Of a stretch of 64,000 nt of DNA, positions 27,742-43,559 are shown piece after piece; the first letter of the stretch is position 1; each line of letters begins with the position of its first letter. A model generated the notes under the pieces. The model saw only the letters and a program-made list of their open reading frames with translations. It was not told where the DNA came from and did no database searches. Origin of the DNA: the human T2T-CHM13v2.0 reference genome, Homo sapiens. A program made the position numbers and the translations under genes. The stretch is taken from assembly GCF_009914755.1 (NCBI RefSeq), contig NC_060928.1; one strand, given 5' to 3'.

Positions 27742-28079
27742 CACACAGCCTAGACAAGAGATAGGTCAATCTATAATATCATGAAAATTTTTTAATTAAA
27801 GGAAAAATGAAAAATCGGCTGCCTTTGGGTGCTTGTCACATAACAACATGATACAGCATTACTTAGGAACAGATTCCAGTTTTTTTAGCCTCCCTCACTG
27901 TCAGGCTCAGATGCCAATCAATCCCTGAGCCCTTAATGTCTTAGCATCCTCAGCAACAATGAACTCCACCTTTAATTCACTAAGGGGGCCTATTAAAATG
28001 GCCTGGCTGCAGTCCCCAAACATGGTTCTTCTGCTTCCTTCCTTCTCCAGCAGATGCTCCCTGCTGACAGTTCAGAAGC

Positions 28080-28270
28080 CCCCTTGCTAACCCTCTTTAC
28101 CCTTGCCTAATGTCGACTATCCTTATCCACCCTTGACCACTCCTCTCAACCTCATGTATCTTCAGTAACCCTCATCTACCCTCGATCACCCTAATCCGTT
28201 CTCCATTCTCCTCATCTAATCTTATCTCTATCCCCAACTATCCCCATCCACCTTTGACTACCCTTGCCTC
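28080..28270. repeat. Degenerate ~10-bp minisatellite (ACCCTYRYCY-like)
   Basis: Units acccttgcct, atccttatcc, acccttgacc, accctcatct, accctcgatc, accctaatcc, atccccaact, atccccatcc, acctttgact, acccttgcct. Confidence 0.65.
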
Positions 28271-28419
28271 CTTTTATGAATCATTAGCTTGCATTACCAC
28301 CTTCATACCTACCCCCAGAATATAGTAACAAGGATTACAATCATGCCTTCTCTGACACGCAGCATGTTTTCCACTCGAGAAATATCTTTGGAATGAAGGA
28401 TTTGTGTAGCAATCATAAT

Positions 28420-28830
28420 CATTTGTGTTTACTGGCAACTGATATCTTCGACGTCATTTTACATCATTGTTATTTAATCGTCATAAGAATCCTGTAAAGA
28501 ATGTGAGATTTTCCCCAGATGAAGAAATTTCACAGCTTTATGAAGGTGAGGTTACACCTAAGTACAGGACAAAGACTCAGGGACCTCCTGCTATTCCTGC
28601 TCACAATAACAGATATTGTTTAGTGTCACACTGCAGTATGTTCAACCCAACCATGCATGAGGAACTTTATGGATATGGTGTATCATCCTCAGAGTCTCAC
28701 AAGGAAGGCAAGCATATTACAAGTGAAGAATCTAGAGCTCAGGAAACTTCAGTGACTGACCCAAAGCTACCAAGCCAGAAAACGGCAGAATAGGGACTGA
28801 GAAACAAGGTCCTCTAACTCTGGGTGTTTC
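28420..28830 (-). mobile_element. Two MIR fragments
   Basis: 'tatttaatcgtcataagaatcctgtaa...cagatgaagaaa' and 'tcatcctc...acaagtgaagaatctagagctcagga'. Confidence 0.6.
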
Positions 28831-29562
28831 TTTTGTATCAGAAATAAACTTATTCACACTCTGATGTTATCGAAGTCATGCGCATTTCTTTTTCATGAAC
28901 ATGTGCATTTTAAAAGGAAGAAAAAATTCACCTTCATGGTACAGAAAATATTTTTTTAGTTGGAAGAATTGTCTGAAAAATTATACCAGAATGATTAAAG
29001 TTTCCATAGTCCCTCAAGTTATACTTTGTACTTCTAAAGTCATTCCTGTGTCAAACACCAAAGAAGAAAATAGGTCAGATATTGAAGTTATCTTCCTTCT
29101 ACTACATTCCCCTCTCTTTCATGCCTGTTTCTACTGCAGAGCACATTTGACTCTCTTGAGCTAAGGCTCAAGAAATGTGAGATACTCTGTTATGCAAATC
29201 ACAGGAGGAAAGAGCAAGCAGGAAAAAAGGGGACAATCTGCTACGGTGGAGGTTTTTGAATTATGAAGCTTTAAGGTAAATAGACAGATTAAGCAGTGAC
29301 CTAGTTTGACCTCACAAGCAGATGGAAGACTCTTAAGAAATTGTGTTATGAAGAAAAACTGGGAAGAAAAAGGGAATTGGTACCGACTGAGGGCAGAATA
29401 GCACATTGGCTTGGGTGAGTGTTCTGACCCCAGACTGCCTGCATTTGATTCCTGCTCCACTTCTTAACTGTCTCAGTTTCGTGATCTCTAAAAAGGGAAT
29501 AATAATAAAAATAGTACCCAACTTAAATAGTCAGAGAGAAGCCAAGAAGCTGTTGTGTATAG

Positions 29563-29958
<396 letters not shown>

Positions 29959-31281
29959 TGAATGATAGAGAGACATCACTAGCAAGCACCCTTCCTGGAT
30001 GCTCTTGGGCCACTTCCTGTGCTGGGTGAATTAGGCTGCTTCACTTGTACGGTGCAGAACCTCATTCAAGGTGCAGCAAGGAGGAGGAGTTTCCCATAAA
30101 ATGTACAGGAAATGAAGAAGAGCAGGAAACAAGTGCTCAGACAGACTACACGGAGACTGGAATGTGCTCAGCACATGGGAAACTCTGTTCTGAGCCATCG
30201 GGTGCCAGCTCGTGACTGAATGGATAGTGTACTCTTCCCCAATCTCTTGCACCACTGTTAGGGCAATGAATTCATTCTCTCTGTAGCAGGCTGCCTTCAA
30301 AGGCCACTAGAAATAGGATCTCATTGGTTCAGTGGGGCAACATAGGTCTTGGCAGTTAAAGCCAAGTAACCCATAGGTATTTAGCCAAGTAACCACATAG
30401 GTTCTCACCAACCTATAAATTAGCCTCCAATGGGCCAAGAGCCAACCATGATCAATAAACTGAAGTCTAGGGAGAGAGACCCCAGAGCCAGCCTTCCTGA
30501 GTGAGGAACAGGGTAGGACAGGTGTAGAGAGTACAGTAGGTTCCCATCTAATACAGTTATTTCATATGATCTTATACAGCCTGGTGAAATGGGCGTTATT
30601 AAGTCCTGTGTTTCAAAATGCATTCTTCTAGGCTTTTTTTTTTTTTTTTTTTTTTAAGAATGATGTTCAGCCGTAGACTTCAGAAGTAACTAGGGCTTCA
30701 AATCAAACCTTTAAAAAAAATTTTAACTTGAGAAAAGTTAGAGTTCCCTAAGGAATTCTAACTCGAATGTGTTTTTATTTCACCAATCCTCAAATATGCA
30801 AAGTTACAAATACTTTATAGAACTGTTATGGCATTTGGATTTTTATCATGTGTTCTTGATTTTTATTATCATCTTTCCTAATGAAGGATACACACTTATT
30901 CATTTAAGAAAGGAAGATGGGATTTAGAAAAAAGGGAAGGAATGAAAAAAGCATTTTAGAGCCAGTGTTCCCCAAATTAGATACACATTAAAATCATCTG
31001 GGAAGTCTGTTTGAGAAAGAGCTTTATTAAAGTATTATTTACAGCCCATAAAATTCACTCATTTAAGTATAAAATGTAATACTTTTAGTAAATGTATACA
31101 GTTGTGCAACTACACTACAATTCAGTTGTGACATTTCTGTCATCCCCCAAATACTCCCTCATACCTCAAAGCTTTTAATTTTGATTTCAAATCAATTCAT
31201 TCTCGAATTACATAGAAAATCAATGTTAAGAGGCTGGTGTTTTTTCCATACTTTTATCAATACATTTAGGCATTTATATAC

Positions 31282-31634
31282 TGTCTTAGTAACTCAGGCT
31301 ATCATAACAAAAAATATAAACTAGGTGGCTTGTCAACAACAAGCGTTTGTTTCTCACAGTTCTGGAAGATGGGAAGTCCAAGATCAAGACATTGGTGGAT
31401 TAGGTGTCTGGTGAGAGCCCATTCCTCATAGACAGTGCCTTCTCATTACATCCTCATGTGGTAAAAAGGGACAAGGCAGCTCTCTAGAGCTTCTTTTATA
31501 AAGGCATTAATCCCAATCAGAAAGCTCTGCCCTCATTACCTAATTACCTCTCAAATACCCGACATCCTAGTACCTTGGGGGTTAGGATTTCAACATACAC
31601 ATTTGAGGGGGACACAAACATTTAGAACATAGCA
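31282..31634 (-). mobile_element. MLT1A-like solo LTR
   Basis: 'tgtcttagt...ttctcacagttctggaagatgggaagtccaagatcaag...gggggacacaaacatttagaacatagca'. Confidence 0.9.
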
Positions 31635-31700
31635 CGTACGTAAGGAGATAACAGCCATACATGTGTTGAGGCTTTTTTGTTTCATTAATAAAATTAATGG

Positions 31701-32018
31701 GGCCAGGCATGTGGCTCATGCCTGTAATCCCAGCACTTTGGGAGGCCAAGGCAGGTAAATCACTTGAGGTTAGGAGTTTGAGACCAGCCTGGCCAACACG
31801 GCAAAACGCTGTCTCCACCAGAAAATACAAAAATTTGCTGGGTGTAGTGGCACATACCTGTAGTCCCAGCTACTCAGGAATCTGAGGTGGGAGAACCGCA
31901 TGAACCCAGGAAGTGGAGGTTGCTGTGAGCCAAGATTGCACCACTGCACTCCAGCCTGGGTGACAAAGTGAGAACCTGTCTCAAAAAAAAAAAATTTTTT
32001 TTAATATAAATAAATAAA
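31701..32018 (+). mobile_element. Alu (old S/J)
   Basis: Full dimer; TSD-like aaattaatgg/aaataaatgg. Confidence 0.96.
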
Positions 32019-32574
32019 TGGAACCATAGCATATATTATCTTTCATGACCTGCCTTTTTCAGTGAAAAAGATGTCTCAGAGATCTTTTCATGTTGGTTCT
32101 CTTTTCTCATTCTCTTGTAATGTCTTCCTGGCATTCCAGAGAATAAATATAGTGTAATTCACGTGGCCACCATTTCCCCTTTTGATGAAAATATAAGCTG
32201 TTTTTTTTTTTTTACTTTTTATCTTAAATAATGTGGCAGTAACATTTGTGTACTATATCCATATGCATCTGTGTGTTATTCCTGGAGGACAGACTCCTAG
32301 AAATGCAACCACAGGTCTGAATTTTTTTAAAACCAGGTATCCTAACAACCTTCCTCTCCATTCTCAGTCCTCCAAGAGTTTATTAGATCTGGGTGGAGCT
32401 GTATTTTTACCAAGAACCTGCTCTAGAGATTCAGATATAGCCAGCCTGGCACCAGCTGCAACTGTCATTGTGGAGTCTTTGTTCTAAAGCAAACATCAGT
32501 GACTTTGTAGTCAGAAAAGTATAGATTCACATCCCAGCTCTGTCCTTGCAAGTGGTATAACCCTGGATGCCATT

Positions 32575-33000
32575 CATTCTTGTCTATGCCCATGCACTCA
32601 TTCATTCATTCACCATCTAGTAAACAAGCATTGAGCACTTATGTGTTCAATTCTCAGTCAGCAGGTGACACAGATACAAAAACAAATGAATAAATACAGT
32701 AAAGTATCACAGATATTATGAAGAGGAGGCTAGTCCATTGCATGTAGAGAAGGATGACTGGGGAAACCTGAAAAGATGATAGAGGGAACGCTAAGGGTGA
32801 GCCTTAAATTAGGGTTTCTTCCAAGCCACCACACATAACCCACTCAGAGGAAACAATGAATGTGATGGCCTGGAGGTAGCATGCATCGTGATTTTGCAAA
32901 ATACAAGGTGCAAGGGGCAGCAAGGAGGCTGGGAAGGCAGACAGGATTATGGTAGGCTTTGTAGGGTGTACTAGGGTCCTTTTAAAGGGCTGTGCCATGG
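32575..33000 (-). mobile_element. L2 3' region
   Basis: 'cattcattcattcaccatctagtaaacaagcattgagcactt' L2 tail and further L2 motifs. Confidence 0.65.
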
Positions 33001-33284
33001 GACATACCATGGTAGAGTTGCATTTAGCACAACTTTAATGCTACGGTATGAAGGAAGAAATAAAGGGGCTTTAGCAGGGAGACCCAGGTCATAGAGTGAG
33101 TTGGCATGGAACCTTGTCCCAGGCCAGCACTCTTTGTACAACCCACACCAAACACTAGTGTTAGAGCCCATTAGAAAGCCAAGTAGTGCTCCCTAATTAT
33201 TGTTGACTTGCCTAGTTGATAAGCTTATTGTTCTTGGCCTTGATGCAACCCAGCACTAAGCCTAGTATTGAATGTTCAGCCAGG

Positions 33285-33702
33285 TACGACTGTTAATTTT
33301 ATGTGTCAGCTTGGTTAAGCCACTGTGTCCAGATATTTGGTCAAACATTATTTTGGATGTTCCTGTGAGGGTGTTTTTGAATAAGACTGACATTTAAATC
33401 CATGAACTTCAAGTAAAGCAGATTGCCCTTCTTAATGTGGGTGGGCCTCATCCAATCAGCCGAAGGCTGACTAGAACAAATGCACGACTTCCCCCGAGTA
33501 AGAGGGAATTCTGCCAGCAGATGGCCTTTGGACTTGGACTGCAACATCAGCTTTTTTCTGGGTCTCCAGCCTTCTGGCTCACCATGCAGATTTTGAACTT
33601 ACCAGCTTCCTTAACCGCATGAGCCAATTCCTTGAAATGAATCTCTCCAGATATATGCATACTCCGTTGTTTCTTTTTCTCCAGAGAACCCTGGCTAACA
33701 CA
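33285..33702 (+). mobile_element. MLT2 (ERVL) solo LTR
   Basis: 'gttaattttatgtgtcagcttgg...cagatatttggtcaaacattatt...gagaaccctggctaacaca'; perfect TSD ccagg. Confidence 0.9.
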
Positions 33703-34179
33703 CCAGGGAAGACAGTATAAGTCTTTAGCAGTTCTCTCTAGGGCTAGAAGCAGCCCTAATACTATGGTGGGAATGCTTCTCATCACAGGAAGAATATCTA
33801 GAAAGGTTGTGGGGGATAGACAATCTGGTGGCATCATCTCTTTCTCTACAAATGTCTCCATTACAGCAGTTATTTATAGATATCTTTTCTGAACTTCTTT
33901 TCATTCTCTATCTTAGTTCCGGACCTGGACTGGACCAGGACCAGGATACCTGCCTGAACCTGCACAGAATGCTGCTTTGCCTGTTTTTGTTGTGGTTTGT
34001 TGTTTTGTTTTGTTTTCTTACATTTTCTTCGGTTATTGGCACAAGTTGCTCAACTCTCAGAAGGTGGGATCCATATATTGAAAATTTTTCATATTTTCCT
34101 TATAAAGTGAAGGTAGTAGTCAGACTGGCACTTTCTGTTTAATATTACTTTACAATTTATAGAATAGTGCTTGGTTTAA

Positions 34180-34530
34180 TTAAGCTCTGAGCCTCAGTTA
34201 TGAAATCTGTAAATTGAGGATAATATAATAATTGGGACTGGTACTACAGTACCTCATAGATTGTTCTAAGGATTAAATGAGAACATGCATGTCAAGTGCT
34301 CAGCAATGTACCTGGCATTTAATAAATGCTAGGTCTTTCCCTTATGAGATCATAAGTCTTACATGATTATTTCAATAAGCCTCTAAAGTAGACAAGAAAT
34401 GATCAGTTAACCTTGTTTCATGAATGAAGATGAAGCTTAGAGGAAAAGTATCTTCCTTGGGGCCACACAGCCAAAAAGTAGAAAAGCTAGAACCTGAATT
34501 CAGAACTTCTGACTTCAATGCTCTTACTAC
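34180..34530. mobile_element. Two MIRs in opposite orientation
   Basis: 'ctctgagcctcagtt...atctgtaaattgaggataat...ggattaaatgaga' then 'atgaagatgaagcttagagg...ccacacagc'. Confidence 0.7.
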
Positions 34531-36339
34531 TGTGCACACTCAGTTTCTGGGGCACACCATAGACCCCGAAAAGATACATACACACAAAAGAGTTTATGCA
34601 GATCTTTATGAGTATGTACAGCCAACAATAAAACAAATATGCTGTCTATGTACTTACATGCATTATTAGAAACATACATGCACATTTTCCCAAATCTGTT
34701 TTAATTTCCTCTTAAAATCTTTATGAATGGACTGCTAAAAGTGTATACTAAGGCCATTCATTTTTTGGCAGGTCAGGTTTCTCACAGCTCTTTTAATGTA
34801 CCAAAGCGGTGGTAGAATGTGAAACTTTTAATACAGCCACTTGAATTGTCTACATATTCTTTTTAAGGGATATGAACCTTAGTTACACATTTTTTCTTCT
34901 GTATGTTTACATAGACTCCATCAGAAAGGTTTCAGCCAAGTAGCCTCTTTCCAGCTTCCAATGCCACATATTTGCAGAATGAAGAAAACTCAACTGGAGA
35001 AGAAATGGAATGTATGTGGCCGACTGGAACAGTGCTTTACTACAGCATCACCATAATATTGCACATCAGTAGAAAACCACATCCAGCATAAACTTCAGAG
35101 AAGGCAAATGTGTCATGGTAGAGACACAGGCTGTGGAGCCAAGTAGGGGTGGGTTTACATCCCTATTTGTCAGTGGAGCAAACTTGTGCCCATCTTGAGT
35201 TCAAGGCCATACATTTTAATAAAATATTTTTGTCTGAGTAGATGTAGAAATATTATATTGGTCAACATCTGCACAATTGGTATTAATTAATTGGTTGATA
35301 ACTAATTATTCAAAACTCAGTGGCTTATAACACTAAGCATGGATTTTCATGTTCATGGATTTTCATGTTAATAATTTTGGCTGATCCAGGCAGGACTCAG
35401 CTGGGCATTTCTACTGCAGGGCGCTGAACCTACCTCCAGTGTATGAACTGTGTTACATTTGGGCTCAAGCCTGCAGGGCAGTGACAACTCAGTACACAGA
35501 ATAACCATGTTAAGTTATGGGACTGAGCAAAACCTCAAACCAACATGTACAGTCAAATATTTGATAATGACATTGATAAATAATTATGCTTTTTATCCTT
35601 TATAATTTTTCAAATGCCTTCAATTTTAACTTTTCCTTAATTAGGAAGTAAAGATAGGTATATATTTTCATGTGGCTTTAGATAGAAATTTCCTTAAATG
35701 GCCTCATTTGGGGGGAAAATATCTGAAGTAAATATTCCTTAAAGTATAGCTTCTTAAGCTTTGCATGGATCACTTGTTAGCTTCCTAAAATGTAGATTGT
35801 CATTCAGTTCATCTAAGGTGATTCCGCAATGTTGGATTTCTGACATGTTCTCAGGGATGCTGATGATGCTTTTGAATTCCGGACAAATTTTAAGTAGGAA
35901 GGAAAATAATGCTACATCCACTTTTTTATTATTTTTGTAGAGAAAGATTTTGTTTCTCAAATGATAGTTATATGGTTTATGTAATAAAATGAAAAAAGTT
36001 TATGCAGATCAATAAAAATGTGTATTTCAACAGTTTCTAGATCATGCCAGATGAATAATAAACACTGAATGATATTCAACAAAAGAAAAACCTCAATCAA
36101 CAGTTCTTAGCCTTGATACATTTCTCTGTAAAATATTGAGCAGATCATTAATACCTCAAATGCCTCAGCAAACAACCTGAAGTTCTAGCATGCACTCCCT
36201 TCAGCTCCCAGGGTCACTTCTGTTCCAGAAAGCACAGGCCTATAGCCTCTTCTGTTCTGAAACTCTTAGCTACTTTTGTGTAGCTGCTGCTTCCAACTTC
36301 CATTGCCAGGATTCCATTCTCTATCCTTCATCATTTCTT

Positions 36340-36620
36340 CTAGCATCAGAGATATCTTTCTGAAACTCAAATCTTACCATAATCTTCAACCACTTATCTG
36401 CAAATTAAGTTCCCTCCCAGCACCTCTGGGTTAAAGTTCAACTCCCCTCACAAGGCCTACCGGCCATTCTACATGCATTCAATCAACAAATATTTACTGT
36501 GCCATACTATGTGCCAGACGGAGTTCTACATGCTGGGGAAATCAAAGTCTCGACCTTCATGGAGTTTGCATTCCAGTAGGAAAGATGGATTCACAAGCAA
36601 ATAAATGTAAATAAATCAGA
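36340..36620. mobile_element. L2 fragments
   Basis: 'cattcaatcaacaaatatttactgtgccatactatgtgccag' canonical L2 tail. Confidence 0.7.
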
Positions 36621-36858
36621 TATTGTCCTAGTACAGTCGTACCCCCTTCTCCTCCTGCCACTGTGCCCTATACAGTGCATACCTGCTCCCCATTTCTCTA
36701 CACCCCCAGGTACATCATGTTCTTTCCTACCTTTGAGCCTATATGATTGTTGTTTCCTCTATCTAGAATGTCCTTGACTCTTCTCTACTTGGAACAGCAT
36801 AATTATCTTTGAAGATACAGTTCACATGACCTGCAATGTGAAGCTTTTACATATATAG

Positions 36859-37136
<278 letters not shown>

Positions 37137-37224
37137 TAACTCCATGTAGTTATGTCCTGGTATGTGCCTAATTAAATCTGAAATGTCTGTTATGGCCACG
37201 TTTTTATTCATCCTTTTTTAATAG

Positions 37225-37846
<622 letters not shown>

Positions 37847-37869
37847 ACCCCTCCCCTCATTCCAAGCTT

Positions 37870-38245
37870 TGCAAATATGACTTAACAGCCCCTTTTCATC
37901 AAGAAGTACAGTCTATTTCTTTACACCTTGAATCTGGGCTAGACTTAAACTTGCTTTGGTCAGTCGAATGTGTCAGAGATTTGGGGTTCTTGCTGACTTC
38001 TGCTCTCTTGGACTCCTGTGTCTGCCATGAGAACAAACATGGGCTAGCTGGCTGACGGATGAGAGATTTAATGGAACAGAGTCAAGATAAACCAGTAGTC
38101 CCCACAAGATCACAAGGCAGAATCAACAAATCCCTCCAGATAACCCACAGATACATGAAACGAATTCAATATTTATTGCTCTGTGTCCCTAAGGTTTGTG
38201 ACTGTCTGTTACACAGCATCATTGTGGCCCTTGAACACTGATACA
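37870..38245 (+). mobile_element. MLT1 LTR fragment
   Basis: 'ccttgaatctgggct', 'gccatgagaacaaacatgggctagc', end 'gttacacagcatcattgtggc...ctgataca'. Confidence 0.75.
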
Positions 38246-39469
38246 AATGCTTTAGGGCATCATCAAATCTTATGATTTTTTATATCTGACACATCATTTA
38301 CATTGTTTTAGTCATTTATTCACTTATTCATGTATCTGTATTGCAAGGAGGTTTGTCTACTATATGCCAGACACTATTATAGGGCTTAAAGATTAATATG
38401 GTATATTTTGTGCCCTAATCAATAAATGTCAATGAGACAATTGACATGTGTCTTTTCCCCTTGAGCAACTCTAGAAACAGAACTTCCCTGACTGCTCCAT
38501 AAAGCCAATTCCTCTGTTTAATCTCTCCAGCAGTTAAGAAGTTCTTCCTTATGTCCAGCCCCAAACTCTCCAGCTTTAGTCTGAGCTTCTGTCTTTTTGT
38601 TCAGTTGCCCATGAACCTGGGGAATAAACCTCAGCATCTGCCTCATACAAACCCTTTATGAATTTAAATTCAGTCATTAAGTCAGGGAAATAGTTAAGCC
38701 ACTTTATATGTGCTGAAGATTTTATTTTGGGATATCTCTGTGGGAAGGGATGTTTGGGATTAATTGAGCTTTCTGGATATCTGCACATGAGCACCGGAAT
38801 TTTATATATAGAACCAGAACACCTGATCACAGCACCTGCAAAGGGAAATTACTCATTTAACCTCTTGAACTCCAATCAGAGAGAGGAAGGTGTTGAGGAT
38901 CTGAAGGGAAACCCTGTGGCAAGGGGTCAGATCCCATGGATGGGGCGCAGGAGGGACATTCCAAAGATACCATCTTGGTACTCACCTTTGTCTGCATCCC
39001 CTCTCCCATTCCTCATGGTCATTCCAAGTCATATTCTGCTTAAAACCCTTTCTCAGGCCAGGTTCTTAATCATTCACTAATGTATATGTCTCTGTCTGAT
39101 TGCTCCAGATACCATCTTCTATAATATTTTAAGAGGGTGGTTTCACAGACTTTTGTAAATACTGGAAAGGAAAATCTATTTATCTTTTTCATTCTTTCTT
39201 CCACCATAGAGTTTAGAAAATCATCATTCTTGCAGAAGGTTTGATAAATATTCACTTTTCTCTTTCCACCATCTTTAAAATACAATGAACTTTATCCAAA
39301 CTCATGTTCTAAACTCATATGATCAGAGAGAACTTCCCTGACCATTCTATGTAAACTTACATGCCCTCTCATTATTTTTTTCTGGCTTATTTGTCTATTT
39401 ATTTTATCGCTGTAGTTTATTCCATTGTGTGACTCTATTACATTTATTTATTTATAATGTGTGGGCTTC

Positions 39470-40211
<742 letters not shown>

Positions 40212-41371
40212 ACATGCACTCTCATTCTTGATCTCCTTTTGTTCCTCTATTCTTTCTAGTTCCTAGCATCAGCTGTCCTCCATGTATTTATGTGCATATG
40301 TTTTTTAATGTGTTTTTCTCCACAAGAAGTGGGAATTTGTTTTGGTGTTTTGTTTCGTTTGCCTATTTTTTTTCCATTTTTTATTGAATGTGATTTATAT
40401 GGTATAAAATTTACCTTTTTCAGTGTAGAGTTCTATGAGTTTTGACAGGATATCTGTTTAAATTCTTTGCCAATATACAATCATATAACCACCACTACAA
40501 TCAAGATGTAGGACAATTCCATCACCCCCAGAAATTTCCAAATGCCCCTTTGTAACCAGCCCTTCCCCTCATCATTCACTAGCAACTATTAATTTGTTTT
40601 CTGTATCTCTAGTTTTACCTTCTCCAGAATGCCATAAAAATTGAATCATGTATTATGTAGCCATTATGGCTTCTTTTACTCATCATAATACATTTGAGAT
40701 TCATCCTCGTTGCATTATCAGTAATTTTTCTTCCTTTTTAAAAAAAATTAATATATTTTATCCATTTTTCAACAACACATTTTGAAAATGGAATAACCAA
40801 ATTATAACATAAAACAGGGTCTGCTAGATTCCAAGTATTTTTTTGTCACAGTTTCCAGAAAAGGTCATGTAGTCATGCCTAATGAGAAGCAGCTGTCCCT
40901 CTAACAGAGATTTCTGGACCAACTGGGTGGATCTTTTGGCATTCCTGGGGAGGCTCTTTCACCATCTTTATACCACGCACTTCAGCATTTGATTGCAAAT
41001 AGATGTCTGTGATTCTAGGCATCCACTTTGTGACAAAACATCTTGCATATATATTGAGATCCACTGCTGTTTTCTCTACACAAGGCATATCAATTCAATG
41101 ACACATCTCTAATCAGCGATCTCATGAGCCTCTACTTTTTTGTACCTCATTCATGCTCACTTAGACTGATGTTGGTCTATCCCTTTGAGATGTTCCTAAG
41201 TCCCAGAGTTACTGCAAAGATTTGTTAGTGCAGCAGAAAATCCCTCTCAAGTAGCCACAAGAAAGCTCTCTACCTGTTTTATCTCAGATTAATTTCCTGG
41301 TATTCTACCAGCCTATCTTTTAAACCAGGCCATCCTAAACAAATTCAGATTGGTAAAAATTCATTTAGCCA

Positions 41372-41420
41372 TTTTCTTGTATACTTTAAGTTCTGGGATA
41401 CATGTGCAGAACGTGCAGGT
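41372..41420 (-). mobile_element. Extreme 3' tip (~45-50 bp) of an L1PA element
   Basis: 'tatactttaagttctgggatacatgtgcagaacgtgcaggt' is the L1PA 3' terminus in antisense. Confidence 0.9.
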
Positions 41421-41862
41421 CTCTTTCCTTTTTTAATGCTAAGAAGTGTGCCATTGCATGAATTGTACCACAGTCATTTATAAGTTTAAGGACATTTGAG
41501 TTATTGCCAGGTTTTGGCTGTTACACACAAAGCCGTTATAAATATTTACATTCACACTGTTTTGTAAATATAAGCTTTCGTGTCTCTTGGGTAAATACCT
41601 AGGAGTGGGATTGGCAATTCGTAGATTAAGTGTATGTCTAATCTTACAAGAAAGTGTCAAACTGTTTACCAAAATTACTGCACTATTTTGCATTCTCACC
41701 AGCAGTGTGTGCGAGTTCTAGTTGCTCCACATTATTTCCAGAACTTGGTATTGTTAGTTGTCAGTTGTCCACTTTTGCTCTGTTTTGTTTTGTTTGGGAT
41801 TCCAGCAGGCAAGTGGAGGTATTGTGTTGTGTGATTTTGATTTTTCATTTCCTTAGTGATAA

Positions 41863-42232
<370 letters not shown>

Positions 42233-42611
42233 TGAGGTGTCTATTTAAATTCTTTGCCAATTTTTAATCAAGGCATTTATTTACTTATGAGTTTTGAGAG
42301 TTCTTTATGTATTCTGGATACAAGTCTTTTATCAGATTTATGATTACAAATATTTTATTCCAGTTTGTGTTTTGTCTTCTATCCTCTTAAAACGGTCTGT
42401 TGAGGAGCAGAAGTTCTTAATTTCAATGAAGTCCAATTTCTTACTTTTTTTATGGTTTATGTTTTGGTGTTGATTCTTTCTCTAAACCAAAGTTACAAAG
42501 ATTCTCTACCTTGATTTCTTCTAAAAGTCTTATAGATTGAGGATTTAATTTCATAAGTATGATTCATTTTGGATTAATTTTTGCATACGGTACAAGACAG
42601 GAATTTATTTG

Positions 42612-43062
42612 TTAGTTTGGTGAAGGCTATAGATTCCTTTCTCAGAATAATGTATGTAAATACACAAAACAAAAGCATAGGATTACAAAGGAAACCAATT
42701 ATATTGAAATACAGTTTTCAAAATACTTTTATAAAATTGTGACATGGTAATATATGTGTTTCTTTATTTAAATATCATAACACAATCTAGCAGCAAGTCT
42801 AATGACTACCATCGTGTCAGAGCAGTGATAAGCTTTAGATACTTTAAGAGGTCTGCAACAACCTGTAATGTGATATAGAAACATCTGGGATTTCTATTGT
42901 TGCAAAGTTACAGGCACTGCTCATTCTACTGTGGCTTGTTGCCTATATCATGATTGAAGGACATGTTAAATTTCTGTTAGAGGTTAGTGAAAATAAAGAT
43001 GTATTCTCTTCCTATTCAAATTCCCAGCCCCAAGAATTGTAACTCCATTGAAGAACTCCTGA
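42612..43062 (+). mobile_element. MER119-like hAT-Charlie DNA transposon
   Basis: 'tggtgaaggctat...ttctcagaataatg...ataggattacaaaggaaaccaattatattgaaatacagtt'; end 'gaagaactcctg'. Confidence 0.75.
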
Positions 43063-43504
43063 GCTGGAGGGATGCACAGATGAATAAAATAATAAAATGT
43101 GGCCCCTATTCCTAAAGAAATTACATTCCAGTGAAAGGAAAAAGACATATGAGCAAGAGAGTCTACAAGATGCCAGATTGTGTTGAATGTGCTAAGACAG
43201 CATGGCAAAGGATTTACAAAGATGGAAATAATTTAAGTCATCCCTAGAGGAACATATTAAGCACTGTGGTCACATGAGAGGAAAAGATGACCTCAGTGAT
43301 CAGTATAATCTCTTTCTCCATCCCACCACTGAATAATCAGACATAGCCGTGTTTTTAAGAGCTTGGCCATTATTTAAAAATTTTTGAAAATGGAAAAAGA
43401 AGGTACTGCTGTGTGGGGCAGATGGTGGACATGACAAATAAGTTATCTTCCAGTGGAAGGGGAGAGCTGCAGTTGTTTGCTTTCCCTGGTACGTGTGCAT
43501 GTTA

Positions 43505-43558
<54 letters not shown>

Positions 43559-43559
43559 T
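43505..43559. repeat. Compound (TG)n(AG)n microsatellite
   Basis: Directly visible. Confidence 0.97.

Noticed and set aside
30634-30656. Isolated poly(T) tract as a possible orphan retrotransposition tail
   Set aside because: No flanking TSD or attached insert found
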